Assembly (NCBI GenBank): GCA_043779265.1
Contig: JAYWEM010000188.1
Span: forward strand, 1 to 15,570
From: a bacterium
Lineage (GTDB): Bacteria > Eisenbacteria > RBG-16-71-46
DNA length: 15,570 bases
Direction: 5' to 3'
Shown in pieces: positions 8,361 to 15,072 of the stretch (positions are counted from its first letter, which is position 1; the number at the start of each line of letters is the position of its first letter). The notes beneath the pieces are model-generated. The model made no database searches. It had not been told where the DNA came from and saw only the letters and a list, made by a program, of their open reading frames with translations. The position numbers and the translations under genes were made by a program.

Positions 8361-9199
8361 CGCACCAGTGTGAGGCGCCGGGTCAGGACCTCGCTGCCGG
8401 TGCGCGCGCGCACCAAATACAGCCCGACGGGCGCGAGCTGACCGCTCTCGTCCCGGCCATCCCAGCGCAGCGACAGCGTGCCGGAAGCGGCAGCGCCCTC
8501 ATGCAGCACCGCCACCGTGCGGCCCGCCAGGTCGTGCACGCTGACGCGCGCGTCGTCCACCTGGCGCGTCAGCGTGAACGTGATGGCCGCCTCGCGCTGC
8601 GTCGGGTTGGGGCTGGCGGCGAGCGCCAATCGGCCCGCGCCCGGGCCCGGCACGTCGACGAAGCCGGCGACGTAGGCGTCGACGACTGCGCGGATCTCGT
8701 TCAACTTGAATCGATTGCCTGCCGGGTAAGTCAGCGCGGCGTGGTAGCGCACGATGCCCTGCTTGTCGATCACGATGTAGTTGTCGTAGGTGCCGTAGAG
8801 CGAGCCGACGTTGCCGCCGGTCGCGACATTGCCGCTCAACATGAGCGGGTAGAGCGCACCCGTGGAGTTCTTGTAGGCGTTCACCTGCGCGGCCGAGCCG
8901 TTCCACAGATCGACGCCGATCACCTCGACCTCTCCGGGCGAGACCAGATCGTAGTGCTGCTTGATCTGCTGCTGAACGGTCGGGCCATCGGCGATGCAGA
9001 ACGGGCAGCCGTAGCCGAACAGCACCAGCACGCGCACCTGGCTCGAGACGGGCGTGAACGTGTAGCTGCCACCGCCGAGCAGGCTCTTGGTGAAGGTGGG
9101 CGCATTGGCGCCGACCGCGATCTGAGCGCGAGCAGGCTGCGCCGTGAGGCCGAGGCCGACGGCTGCGAGTAGGGCGAGGATGATCTGAGGTGGGCGCAT
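8357..9199 (-). CDS. Secreted redoxin (thioredoxin-fold, CPFC) fused to a C-terminal FlgD-Ig/T9SS-CTD-like domain
   Basis: Signal peptide ending in ARA, VGANAPTFT, FGYGCPFC, VEVIGVD and IVIDKQGIVRY; C-terminal SPNP...VHDLAGRTV...WDGRDESG...GLYLVR...RRLTLVR. Confidence 0.85.
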   Translation of the reverse strand: MRPPQIILALLAAVGLGLTAQPARAQIAVGANAPTFTKSLLGGGSYTFTPVSSQVRVLVLFGYGCPFCIADGPTVQQQIKQHYDLVSPGEVEVIGVDLWNGSAAQVNAYKNSTGALYPLMLSGNVATGGNVGSLYGTYDNYIVIDKQGIVRYHAALTYPAGNRFKLNEIRAVVDAYVAGFVDVPGPGAGRLALAASPNPTQREAAITFTLTRQVDDARVSVHDLAGRTVAVLHEGAAASGTLSLRWDGRDESGQLAPVGLYLVRARTGSEVLTRRLTLVR

Positions 9200-9208
9200 G
9201 CGATCTCC

Positions 9209-9214
9209 ATGATA
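9209..9214 (-). promoter_or_regulatory. Possible -10 element of the redox operon
   Basis: TATCAT lies 9 nt upstream of the ATG at 9199 and is followed by GGAG; no convincing -35. Confidence 0.35.
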
Positions 9215-9270
9215 AGGGGTGGGCGTTGTCTCCTACGCATGGAAGCCACAAGCGTGACCGGGCCCTGACA

Positions 9271-9284
9271 CGAACCGCAGTTCG
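9271..9284. promoter_or_regulatory. Palindromic operator-like site CGAAC-N4-GTTCG
   Basis: CGAACCGCAGTTCG in the divergent intergenic region. Confidence 0.4.
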
Positions 9285-9353
9285 CCCGCCGTCTCTGTGG
9301 CCGCCGCGCCGCGCGCTGCGGCCCCGTCGCCGCGCGCCTTCTCGCCCCCACCG

Positions 9354-9411
9354 CCGCAAGTCGTTGCAGCGCATCACGGGAATAGGGCGCGCCCGCTGGC
9401 GTAAGGCATGC
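9354..9411 (+). promoter_or_regulatory. Putative sigma54 (-24/-12) promoter with an upstream IHF-like site
   Basis: TGGCGTAAGGCATGC (9397-9411) has exact GG-N10-GC spacing. CCGCAAGTCGTTG (9354-9366) matches the CAA-N4-TTG core of the IHF consensus. Confidence 0.55.
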
Positions 9412-9470
9412 GAGACGGGGACGCAGGATCCCCGCAGGAAACCAACGACTCACCGCTTGAGGAGGCCGTC

Positions 9471-10487
9471 ATGTTCACCAGGGTCCCGCAGCACCAGCAT
9501 CTGCGCGCCGCGCTCGATTGGCTCGAGGCGCGCCACGCCGAGGTCCTCTCGAACAGCGCGCTCGTGCCGGTCCTGGCGGCGCCACTGACTCGCAAGATCG
9601 CGCTATCGGCTGCGATCGCCCTGTCGCTCAGCGCGGCGGCTCAGCCGGCCGCGGCGTCGTGGAATCGCGAGGAACTGTGGATGGATGGTCGGCTGGTCGA
9701 CGTGCAGGTGCAGGTCGAAGGTCAGGCGGCTCCTCTTTACAACGCGCCCGGCCGCTTCGACCGCCGCTACCTGCAGGCGTTCGAGGGCCAGCGCTACAGC
9801 CTCGTGCTGCGCAACACCACCGGCCGCCGTGTCGGTGTGTTGATCGCGGTCGATGGACTGAACGTGGTGAACGGCGAGCGCTCACGGCTCGCCTCGGGCG
9901 AGGCCATGTACGTGCTCGACCCCTACGAGCGCACCGTGATCCGCGGCTGGCGGACGTCGCTCGAGCAGGTGCGTCGTTTCGTGTTCGTCGACGAGGAGCG
10001 CAGCTACGCCGAGCGCACCGGTCAGGCCAACTCGGACATGGGTTGGATCCGCGTGCTTGCGTTCCGCGAGAAGGCGCCGATCGTGTGGCGCTCACCCGCT
10101 TACAAGGAGCGTGATCGCGAAGTCCGTCCCTATGGAGCCGTGCCCGAGGAGATGGAGTCGGATGAGCTGATGGGTCGTCTCGATGACTCGCCTCGCTCGG
10201 AGGCCGCGCCTCCCTCGGCGAGCAAGTCGCTCGAGCGGCGTGCAGCTCCGAATGCGGCGCAGGACAAGGCCGAGGGTGGTTCGAACTTCCCCGGTACCGG
10301 CTGGGGCGAGCGGACGCACGATCCCGTGAACCGCACGCACTTCATCGCCGAACGTTCGGCGAGCGACCGGATGGTGTTGCGCTACGAGTACGCCTCGGCG
10401 CTGCGGGCCCTGGGCATCCGCATCGGCCGCGACCGGCTCCACGAGCGTGACGGCCACCTCGGATTCGCGAAGCCGCCGCGCTGGTAG
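9471..10487 (+). CDS. Secreted conserved hypothetical protein (beta-rich; VDGLNVVNG / GWRTS / GTGWGE type)
   Basis: GAGGAGG SD before the ATG at 9471; signal-like RKIALSAAIALSLSAAAQPAAA; motifs YSLVLRN, IAVDGLNVVNG, YVLDPY, IRGWRTS, SYAERTG and GTGWGE, typical of a widespread uncharacterised family; 338 aa. Confidence 0.8.
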   Translation: MFTRVPQHQHLRAALDWLEARHAEVLSNSALVPVLAAPLTRKIALSAAIALSLSAAAQPAAASWNREELWMDGRLVDVQVQVEGQAAPLYNAPGRFDRRYLQAFEGQRYSLVLRNTTGRRVGVLIAVDGLNVVNGERSRLASGEAMYVLDPYERTVIRGWRTSLEQVRRFVFVDEERSYAERTGQANSDMGWIRVLAFREKAPIVWRSPAYKERDREVRPYGAVPEEMESDELMGRLDDSPRSEAAPPSASKSLERRAAPNAAQDKAEGGSNFPGTGWGERTHDPVNRTHFIAERSASDRMVLRYEYASALRALGIRIGRDRLHERDGHLGFAKPPRW

Positions 10488-10502
10488 CTGACACGTTGTC
10501 GA

Positions 10503-10542
10503 ACGCGAACGCCGCCTCGGTAGCCCGGGGCGGCGTTCGCGT
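10503..10542 (+). terminator. Long GC-rich hairpin after the 9471 gene
   Basis: ACGCGAACGCCGCCTCGG-TAGC-CCGGGGCGGCGTTCGCGT, an 18-bp stem with one G-U pair, 15 nt after the stop; no U-tract. Confidence 0.65.
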
Positions 10543-10613
10543 GTCGGGTGCGAGAGTCCGGGGCCCGACTCGGCCCTCGATACGGCGCCGCGACTCTGCT
10601 ACATGTCCACGCC

Positions 10614-11903
10614 ATGGCGAATGCCGAGTCCGCTCCGCAAGCTCGCCGCGCGCAGGACGCGTGGTGCCTCTACGACGTCGCCAACTCGGGATTCCAGACG
10701 AGTGTCGTCTCGGCGATCCTGCCGCCGTTCTTCGCCGCCGTGGCCGGCCGCCACATGGCAGCGCACGAGGCGACCGCGCTGTGGGGCTACGTCAGCGCCG
10801 CTGCGCTCGCGGTGGCTGCTCTGCTCGCGCCCCTGATGGGAGCAGCGGCCGACCAGCTCGGTCGCCGCAAGCCCTTGCTGTTCGCGTGCGTACTGGTGGG
10901 CGCCGCCGGCACGATCGGTCTGAGTCTTTCGGCGGACGACCCTCGCGGACTGATCGCGAGTTTCGCCGTCGCGTTCGTGGCGTTCGCGATGGGCAACGTG
11001 ATCTACGACGCGCTGCTGCCCTCGGTCGCGCGAGCCGATGAGTTGCACCGTGTCTCGGCGAGGGGCTTCGCCTGGGGCTATCTGGGTGGCGGACTGCTGC
11101 TGGCGCTCCACGCGGCGCTCCTCTTGATGCCGCAGCGATTCGGGCTCTCGGGCGTCGGTGAGGCGACGCGCATCGCGTTCGCGAGCACCGCCATCTGGTG
11201 GGTGCTGTTCTCGCTGCCGCTGATGCGCCGGGTGCCCGAGCCCGCCGAGACACGCACCGCGCCGTCGCTGGCCGCGCTGCCGGGAGCCGTGTTCGGTCAG
11301 CTCGCCGAGACCTTGGCCGGCGTGCGCAAGCGGCCGCAGCTGTTCCGCTTCCTGATCGCGTTCTGGCTCTACTCCGACGGCATCGGCACCATCGTCAAGA
11401 TGGCCACGATCTACGGCGCCGAACTGGGCTTCGGCACCGGCCACTTGATCGGCGCGTTGCTCATGGTGCAGTTGCTCGCGGCACCGGCCGCGATCGGCTT
11501 CGCGAATCTCGCAGGGCCGCTGGGCCCTCAGCGCGCGGTGATCCTCGGGCTGCTGGGCTACGCGGGAATCACCGTGTTCGCCTACCGGCTCAGCGAGCCG
11601 TGGCACTTCTGGGCGCTCGCCGGCTTGGTGGCACTGGTCCAGGGCGGCACGCAGGCGCTCTCGCGTTCGATGTTCGCCTCGCTGGTGCCCGCCAGTCAGA
11701 CCGGCGTGATGTTCGGGTTCTATTCGGTGAGCGAGAAGCTGGCGGGCGTCATGGGGCCGCTCATCTTCGCGATGGTGACGCAGGCCATGGGCGGCGGGCG
11801 GCTCGCCACGCTCACTTTGCTGCCGTTCTTCCTCGGCGGCGCGTGGCTCCTGTCACGCGTCGATCTGGCGCGCGGCGCCGAGGAGGCCGCCGAGTCGGCG
11901 TGA
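10614..11903 (+). CDS. MFS transporter, UMF1/ATG22 (YxiO/BtlA-like) family
   Basis: AWCLYDVANSGF, GAAADQLGRRK, VSARGFAWGYLGG, LYSDGI, GGTQALSRSMFASLVP and FGFYSVSEK; about 12 TM segments. The start at 10614 is preferred over 10548. Confidence 0.9.
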   Translation: MANAESAPQARRAQDAWCLYDVANSGFQTSVVSAILPPFFAAVAGRHMAAHEATALWGYVSAAALAVAALLAPLMGAAADQLGRRKPLLFACVLVGAAGTIGLSLSADDPRGLIASFAVAFVAFAMGNVIYDALLPSVARADELHRVSARGFAWGYLGGGLLLALHAALLLMPQRFGLSGVGEATRIAFASTAIWWVLFSLPLMRRVPEPAETRTAPSLAALPGAVFGQLAETLAGVRKRPQLFRFLIAFWLYSDGIGTIVKMATIYGAELGFGTGHLIGALLMVQLLAAPAAIGFANLAGPLGPQRAVILGLLGYAGITVFAYRLSEPWHFWALAGLVALVQGGTQALSRSMFASLVPASQTGVMFGFYSVSEKLAGVMGPLIFAMVTQAMGGGRLATLTLLPFFLGGAWLLSRVDLARGAEEAAESA

Positions 11904-11925
11904 GGCCGACCCGGCGACGCACCGA

Positions 11926-12972
11926 TCATCTGCCGCGCGTGGAGCGCTTGGCCGCGGGCTTCTTCTTGGGAGCAGGCTTCGCCTTGGGCCTGGCCTTGGT
12001 CTTCGAGCGCGCGGGCCTTCCCGAAATGGCCAACTCGACCTGACGCCACTCGGCATCGGTCAGCTTCACCTCGGTCGCACGCACGTTCTGCTCGAGCTGT
12101 GCCACTGAGGACGCGCCGACGATGGCGCTGGTGACCTGCGGATTGCGCAGCGTCCACGCGATGGCGACCGGTGCGGGATCGAGGCCCCGTTCGGCGCAGA
12201 ACGCCCCGAAGCGCTCGGCGGAGGCGACATTGTCGTCGGTCAGCGCCTTCTCGGCGGTCAGGAAGTGACCGAACGCGCCCGTGGCGCGGCTGCCCTCGGG
12301 ACGCGCGCCGCCTGCGTACTTGTTGGTGAGCACGCCCTGAGCCAGCGGTGAGTACACGATCATGCCGATGCCGTGACGGCGGCAGTACGCGGCGTGACCG
12401 TCTTCGACATGGCGATCGACCAGACTGTAGCGCGGCTGGCTCGAGATCATCGGCAGATAGCCGTGGCGCTTCTGTAGAAGCGCGACCTCGTCGGCCAGCT
12501 TGGGACTGTGATCGAAGTTGGAGAATCCGACGTAGCGCACGCGGCCCGAGCGCACCAGGTCCTCGAACGCGCGCAAGGACTCCTCGATGGGCGTCTCGGC
12601 ATCCGCTGCATGGAACTGATAGAGGTCGACGTAGTCGAGGCCGAGCCGTTCGAGACTGCGATCGAGCGCATCGAAGATGTGCTTGCGCGAGAGCCCTCTG
12701 CCAAGCGGCCCGTCCCACACGCGGCCCATGCACTTGGTCGCGATCACGAGCTGCTCGCGCGGAAGATCGCGGATCGCCTCGCCGAGCGCCGACTCCGCCG
12801 CGCCCTTCACATACACGTCGGCGGTGTCGAACAGGTTGATCCCGAGCTCGAAGGCGCGATGCACGATCTCGCGGGTCGAGCCCGTGTCCACCGAACCGCC
12901 ATAGGTCGTCCACGATCCGAGCGAGACGCTCGAGACCATCAGGCCGCTACGGCCCAGTGCGCGATACTCCAT
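11926..12972 (-). CDS. Aldo/keto reductase (Kv-beta/shaker-like bacterial subgroup) with a basic C-terminal tail
   Basis: AAGGAGG SD; MEYRALGRSGL, FDTADVY, IATK, GLSRKHI...SLERLGLDYVDLYQFH, GFSN and YSPLAQGVLT; the D/Y/K/H tetrad is present. Confidence 0.93.
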   Translation of the reverse strand: MEYRALGRSGLMVSSVSLGSWTTYGGSVDTGSTREIVHRAFELGINLFDTADVYVKGAAESALGEAIRDLPREQLVIATKCMGRVWDGPLGRGLSRKHIFDALDRSLERLGLDYVDLYQFHAADAETPIEESLRAFEDLVRSGRVRYVGFSNFDHSPKLADEVALLQKRHGYLPMISSQPRYSLVDRHVEDGHAAYCRRHGIGMIVYSPLAQGVLTNKYAGGARPEGSRATGAFGHFLTAEKALTDDNVASAERFGAFCAERGLDPAPVAIAWTLRNPQVTSAIVGASSVAQLEQNVRATEVKLTDAEWRQVELAISGRPARSKTKARPKAKPAPKKKPAAKRSTRGR

Positions 12973-13018
12973 GTGTCCTCCTTGAGATGAGTCCTCGGCT
13001 GCGGGTCGCCCCGCGCGA

Positions 13019-13396
13019 TCATTCCTCGATGTGCTCGGGCCGGCGCCAGTACCACCACTCGACGTCCGGGTCCCACTCCTCACCGCGTGCGGTCTCGTCG
13101 CCCCAGATGCAGGCATCGACCACGTGGCTGTGCTCACGCACGAGTTCGTCGGCGCTCAGCATCTGGGCATCGCGCTCGACATCGAACTCCTCGGGGAAGC
13201 TGTGCAGCAGTTCCCACAGGATCTGGCGGACGTCGGCGTGGTCGAGCCACTCCTCCATGCTCATCGATGCGCCGCGCGCGAGCGCTTGAGCCGTGCGGTC
13301 CCAGTCGGCGATCCGGCCATCGAGCCCGCCGGCGACGACATGCTCGGGGCAGCCTCGCGCCACGAGCCAGGTGCGCAGTCCGTCGTACTCGCTCAT
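13019..13396 (-). CDS. Small acidic, Trp-rich hypothetical protein (candidate immunity protein)
   Basis: 125 aa; by hand count about 30 D/E, 11 R, 0 K and 9 W; C-terminal EWWYWRRP. GGAGG SD and ATGA overlap with the upstream gene; no signal peptide. Confidence 0.75.
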   Translation of the reverse strand: MSEYDGLRTWLVARGCPEHVVAGGLDGRIADWDRTAQALARGASMSMEEWLDHADVRQILWELLHSFPEEFDVERDAQMLSADELVREHSHVVDACIWGDETARGEEWDPDVEWWYWRRPEHIEE

Positions 13397-13869
13397 CGCC
13401 CCTCCGCGGGTCGGCGCGCCTGCCGTCGGAAATAGCGCTCGCCATCGTTGGGACGGAAGCAGGTGCGGATGATGCCATCGGGATCGAAGGCGATGAACGT
13501 GCCGTCGGTTCGATCGAAGCGCGTCACCACACCGTCAGCACGCACGGCCTCGAGCACCGGCTCGACGGCGGGAGCGTCCCGCAGCGCCTGCGCCGCGGCG
13601 AGGTAGACGGACGCGTCGGCGGCGCGGAACTCGGCCCCGTGCCTCTCGAAGTGATCCGCCAGATGGCGCGGCGAGCGGAACCCGATTGAGGCGCCGAATG
13701 TTCGAGCGCTCTCGCCCGGCATGCCGGCTGGAGCGGTGACCTCGACTCGTGCGGACTCGCGCGCTGGCGATTCCTGCCGCGACTGGAGCAGCTGGAAGAG
13801 CGCGACCACGGCGAGCACCGTGACCAGCAGCCACCTCGGCGATCGGAGAGAGCGGGGCAGGATTCGCAT
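13393..13869 (-). CDS. Signal-anchored protein with a polymorphic-toxin-like (BECR/colicin-D-like RNase) C-terminal domain
   Basis: N-terminal hydrophobic helix (RWLLVTVLAVVALFQLL), a linker, then LADHFERHGAEF...YLAAAQ...RADG...RFD...FIAFDPDGIIRTCFRP..GERYF, a pattern I recognise from RHS/LXG/pyocin toxin tips. Confidence 0.72.
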   Translation of the reverse strand: MRILPRSLRSPRWLLVTVLAVVALFQLLQSRQESPARESARVEVTAPAGMPGESARTFGASIGFRSPRHLADHFERHGAEFRAADASVYLAAAQALRDAPAVEPVLEAVRADGVVTRFDRTDGTFIAFDPDGIIRTCFRPNDGERYFRRQARRPAEGR

Positions 13870-13875
13870 CGAGCA

Positions 13876-13904
13876 AGACTAGCGGCACGCCCCGTCAGTG
13901 GGAA
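13876..13904 (-). promoter_or_regulatory. Putative sigma70 promoter giving a leaderless toxin-like mRNA
   Basis: TTCCCA, a 17-nt spacer, TAGTCT, then 6 nt to the ATG at 13869; no SD. Confidence 0.45.
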
Positions 13905-13991
13905 ACGACGAACCGCCCGGGTGACATGCGATTGTGAAAACAGTCGAAGCACCGCGCACGGGTGCGGCGAACGCGATACGCTTCCGCCCTC

Positions 13992-14927
13992 ATGCGCCCG
14001 ACCTCTGCCGCACTTCGCGCCGGATTCCTCGGCCTCGTCTCGCTGGTGATGCTCTGGCTTCCCGCCCATTCGGCGGAGAAGCACCCGGTGCGCCCGGACT
14101 TCAGCGGCTACCAGCGGCTGCTGTCCCGCTATGTCGTCGTCACCTCCGGCAAGGGGCAGCCACTCGACACGCGATTCGACTACGAGCAGTTGTTCGTGGA
14201 TGAGCGGGTGCACACGCTCAAGCGATCCGACCGACTCAACCAGGTCCGTCAGCAACTCCTCACCACGCCGGCCTCGCAACTCTCCGAGCCGGATCGCCGG
14301 GCATGGCTCCTCAACCTGCACAACTTCCTCGTCATCGAGCGCGCCACACTGCACTTGCTCGTCCCGAATCGCGGCTTCCTGCGCGTGAAGTCGGTGGACG
14401 AGATCTTCCGTGCCGAGGGTCACTTCGCCGAGGTGCCGTGCGTCGAGTTCGACGCCGCGTCGTATTCGATCGGACGTCTCGAGCGCGAGTTGATCCATGG
14501 CGACACGGGAGACCCGTGGGAGCCCCGCGCCACGGCGAGCGACCCGCGCTTTCTCTTCGCACTCAATCGCGGACTCGCGGGCGACGCTCCGATCCTGCCC
14601 TGGGCGTTCCATGGTGATTCGATCGAGGCTCAACTCGATCGGGCGACGACGCTCGCGACCTCGTTGCCACGCATCGTGCGCGCGGATGCGAAGCTCAAGC
14701 GACTCGAGCTCTCGAACCTGTTCTCCGAGTACCGCGTGGATTTCGGCGGGATCGACGAAGTGCGCCCCTGGCTCGAGAAGCATGCAGCCCGGGACGTGCG
14801 ACGCGCGCTCAACCAACTGCCGCAAGCCTTCGCGCCACAGTTCCGAGCGGCGGATCGCGTCCTCAATCAGCTCGAGCGCAGCAAGTCGCCGGGCTCCTCC
14901 CCCGACTCGGCGCGCGTCAACAGCTGA
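13992..14927 (+). CDS. Secreted DUF547-like protein (degenerate)
   Basis: Signal peptide ending in AHSA. AWLLNLHNFLVI, YSIGRLERELI, DPRFLFALN, SIEAQLDRA and LSNLFSEYRVDFG follow the DUF547 motif order (AFWINAYN / SLDDIEH / DPRIHFALNC / LSKIFKWY). Confidence 0.75.
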   Translation: MRPTSAALRAGFLGLVSLVMLWLPAHSAEKHPVRPDFSGYQRLLSRYVVVTSGKGQPLDTRFDYEQLFVDERVHTLKRSDRLNQVRQQLLTTPASQLSEPDRRAWLLNLHNFLVIERATLHLLVPNRGFLRVKSVDEIFRAEGHFAEVPCVEFDAASYSIGRLERELIHGDTGDPWEPRATASDPRFLFALNRGLAGDAPILPWAFHGDSIEAQLDRATTLATSLPRIVRADAKLKRLELSNLFSEYRVDFGGIDEVRPWLEKHAARDVRRALNQLPQAFAPQFRAADRVLNQLERSKSPGSSPDSARVNS

Positions 14928-14949
14928 CGTCGCCGCATCCGGCGGCGGG

Positions 14950-14958
14950 TGGTATCGT
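14950..14958 (+). promoter_or_regulatory. Possible extended -10 promoter for ppa
   Basis: TGGTATCGT (TGn-TAnnnT) just after an 8-bp hairpin at 14928-14947. Confidence 0.4.
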
Positions 14959-15000
14959 CCGTGCGTCCGAGTCATCACCGGCACGCATGGAGGTGTCCCC

Positions 15001-15072
15001 GTGAGTCACGCGCCCAAGGCGCTTGTCCGCCGTCCCACTTCGCCCCTCTCGTTCGCCGCGAGACCGCGATGA
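15001..15072 (+). CDS. Possible 23-aa upstream ORF coupled to ppa
   Basis: GGAGGT SD (14989-14994) 6 nt before the GTG; MSHAPKALVRRPTSPLSFAARPR; its TGA overlaps the ppa ATG (ATGA). Confidence 0.35.
   Translation: MSHAPKALVRRPTSPLSFAARPR

Noticed and set aside
6274..9199. Selenocysteine recoding in the redox operon
   Set aside because: All active-site positions are Cys codons; the TGA stops serve as coupling overlaps.
9307..9337. CGCCGCGCGC direct repeat with a 21-bp period
   Set aside because: Pure G/C low complexity in a very GC-rich genome; likely chance.
3442..12972. Functional link between the KimA-like transporter and the Kv-beta-like AKR
   Set aside because: About 6.5 kb apart in different transcription units; bacterial Kv-beta-like AKRs are generally stand-alone enzymes.
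13921..13950. CRP/FNR-like site (TGTGA-N6-TCGAA)
   Set aside because: Second half-site is a poor match; insufficient support.
11720..14984. ORFs 11720-12913, 13087-13689 and 13524-14984
   Set aside because: They overlap better-supported genes and have low-information composition.
14928..15068. Fluoride (crcB) riboswitch upstream of ppa
   Set aside because: Plausible context, but the GGCGATGG...TTCGCC and TGATGAC..CTAC elements are not present.
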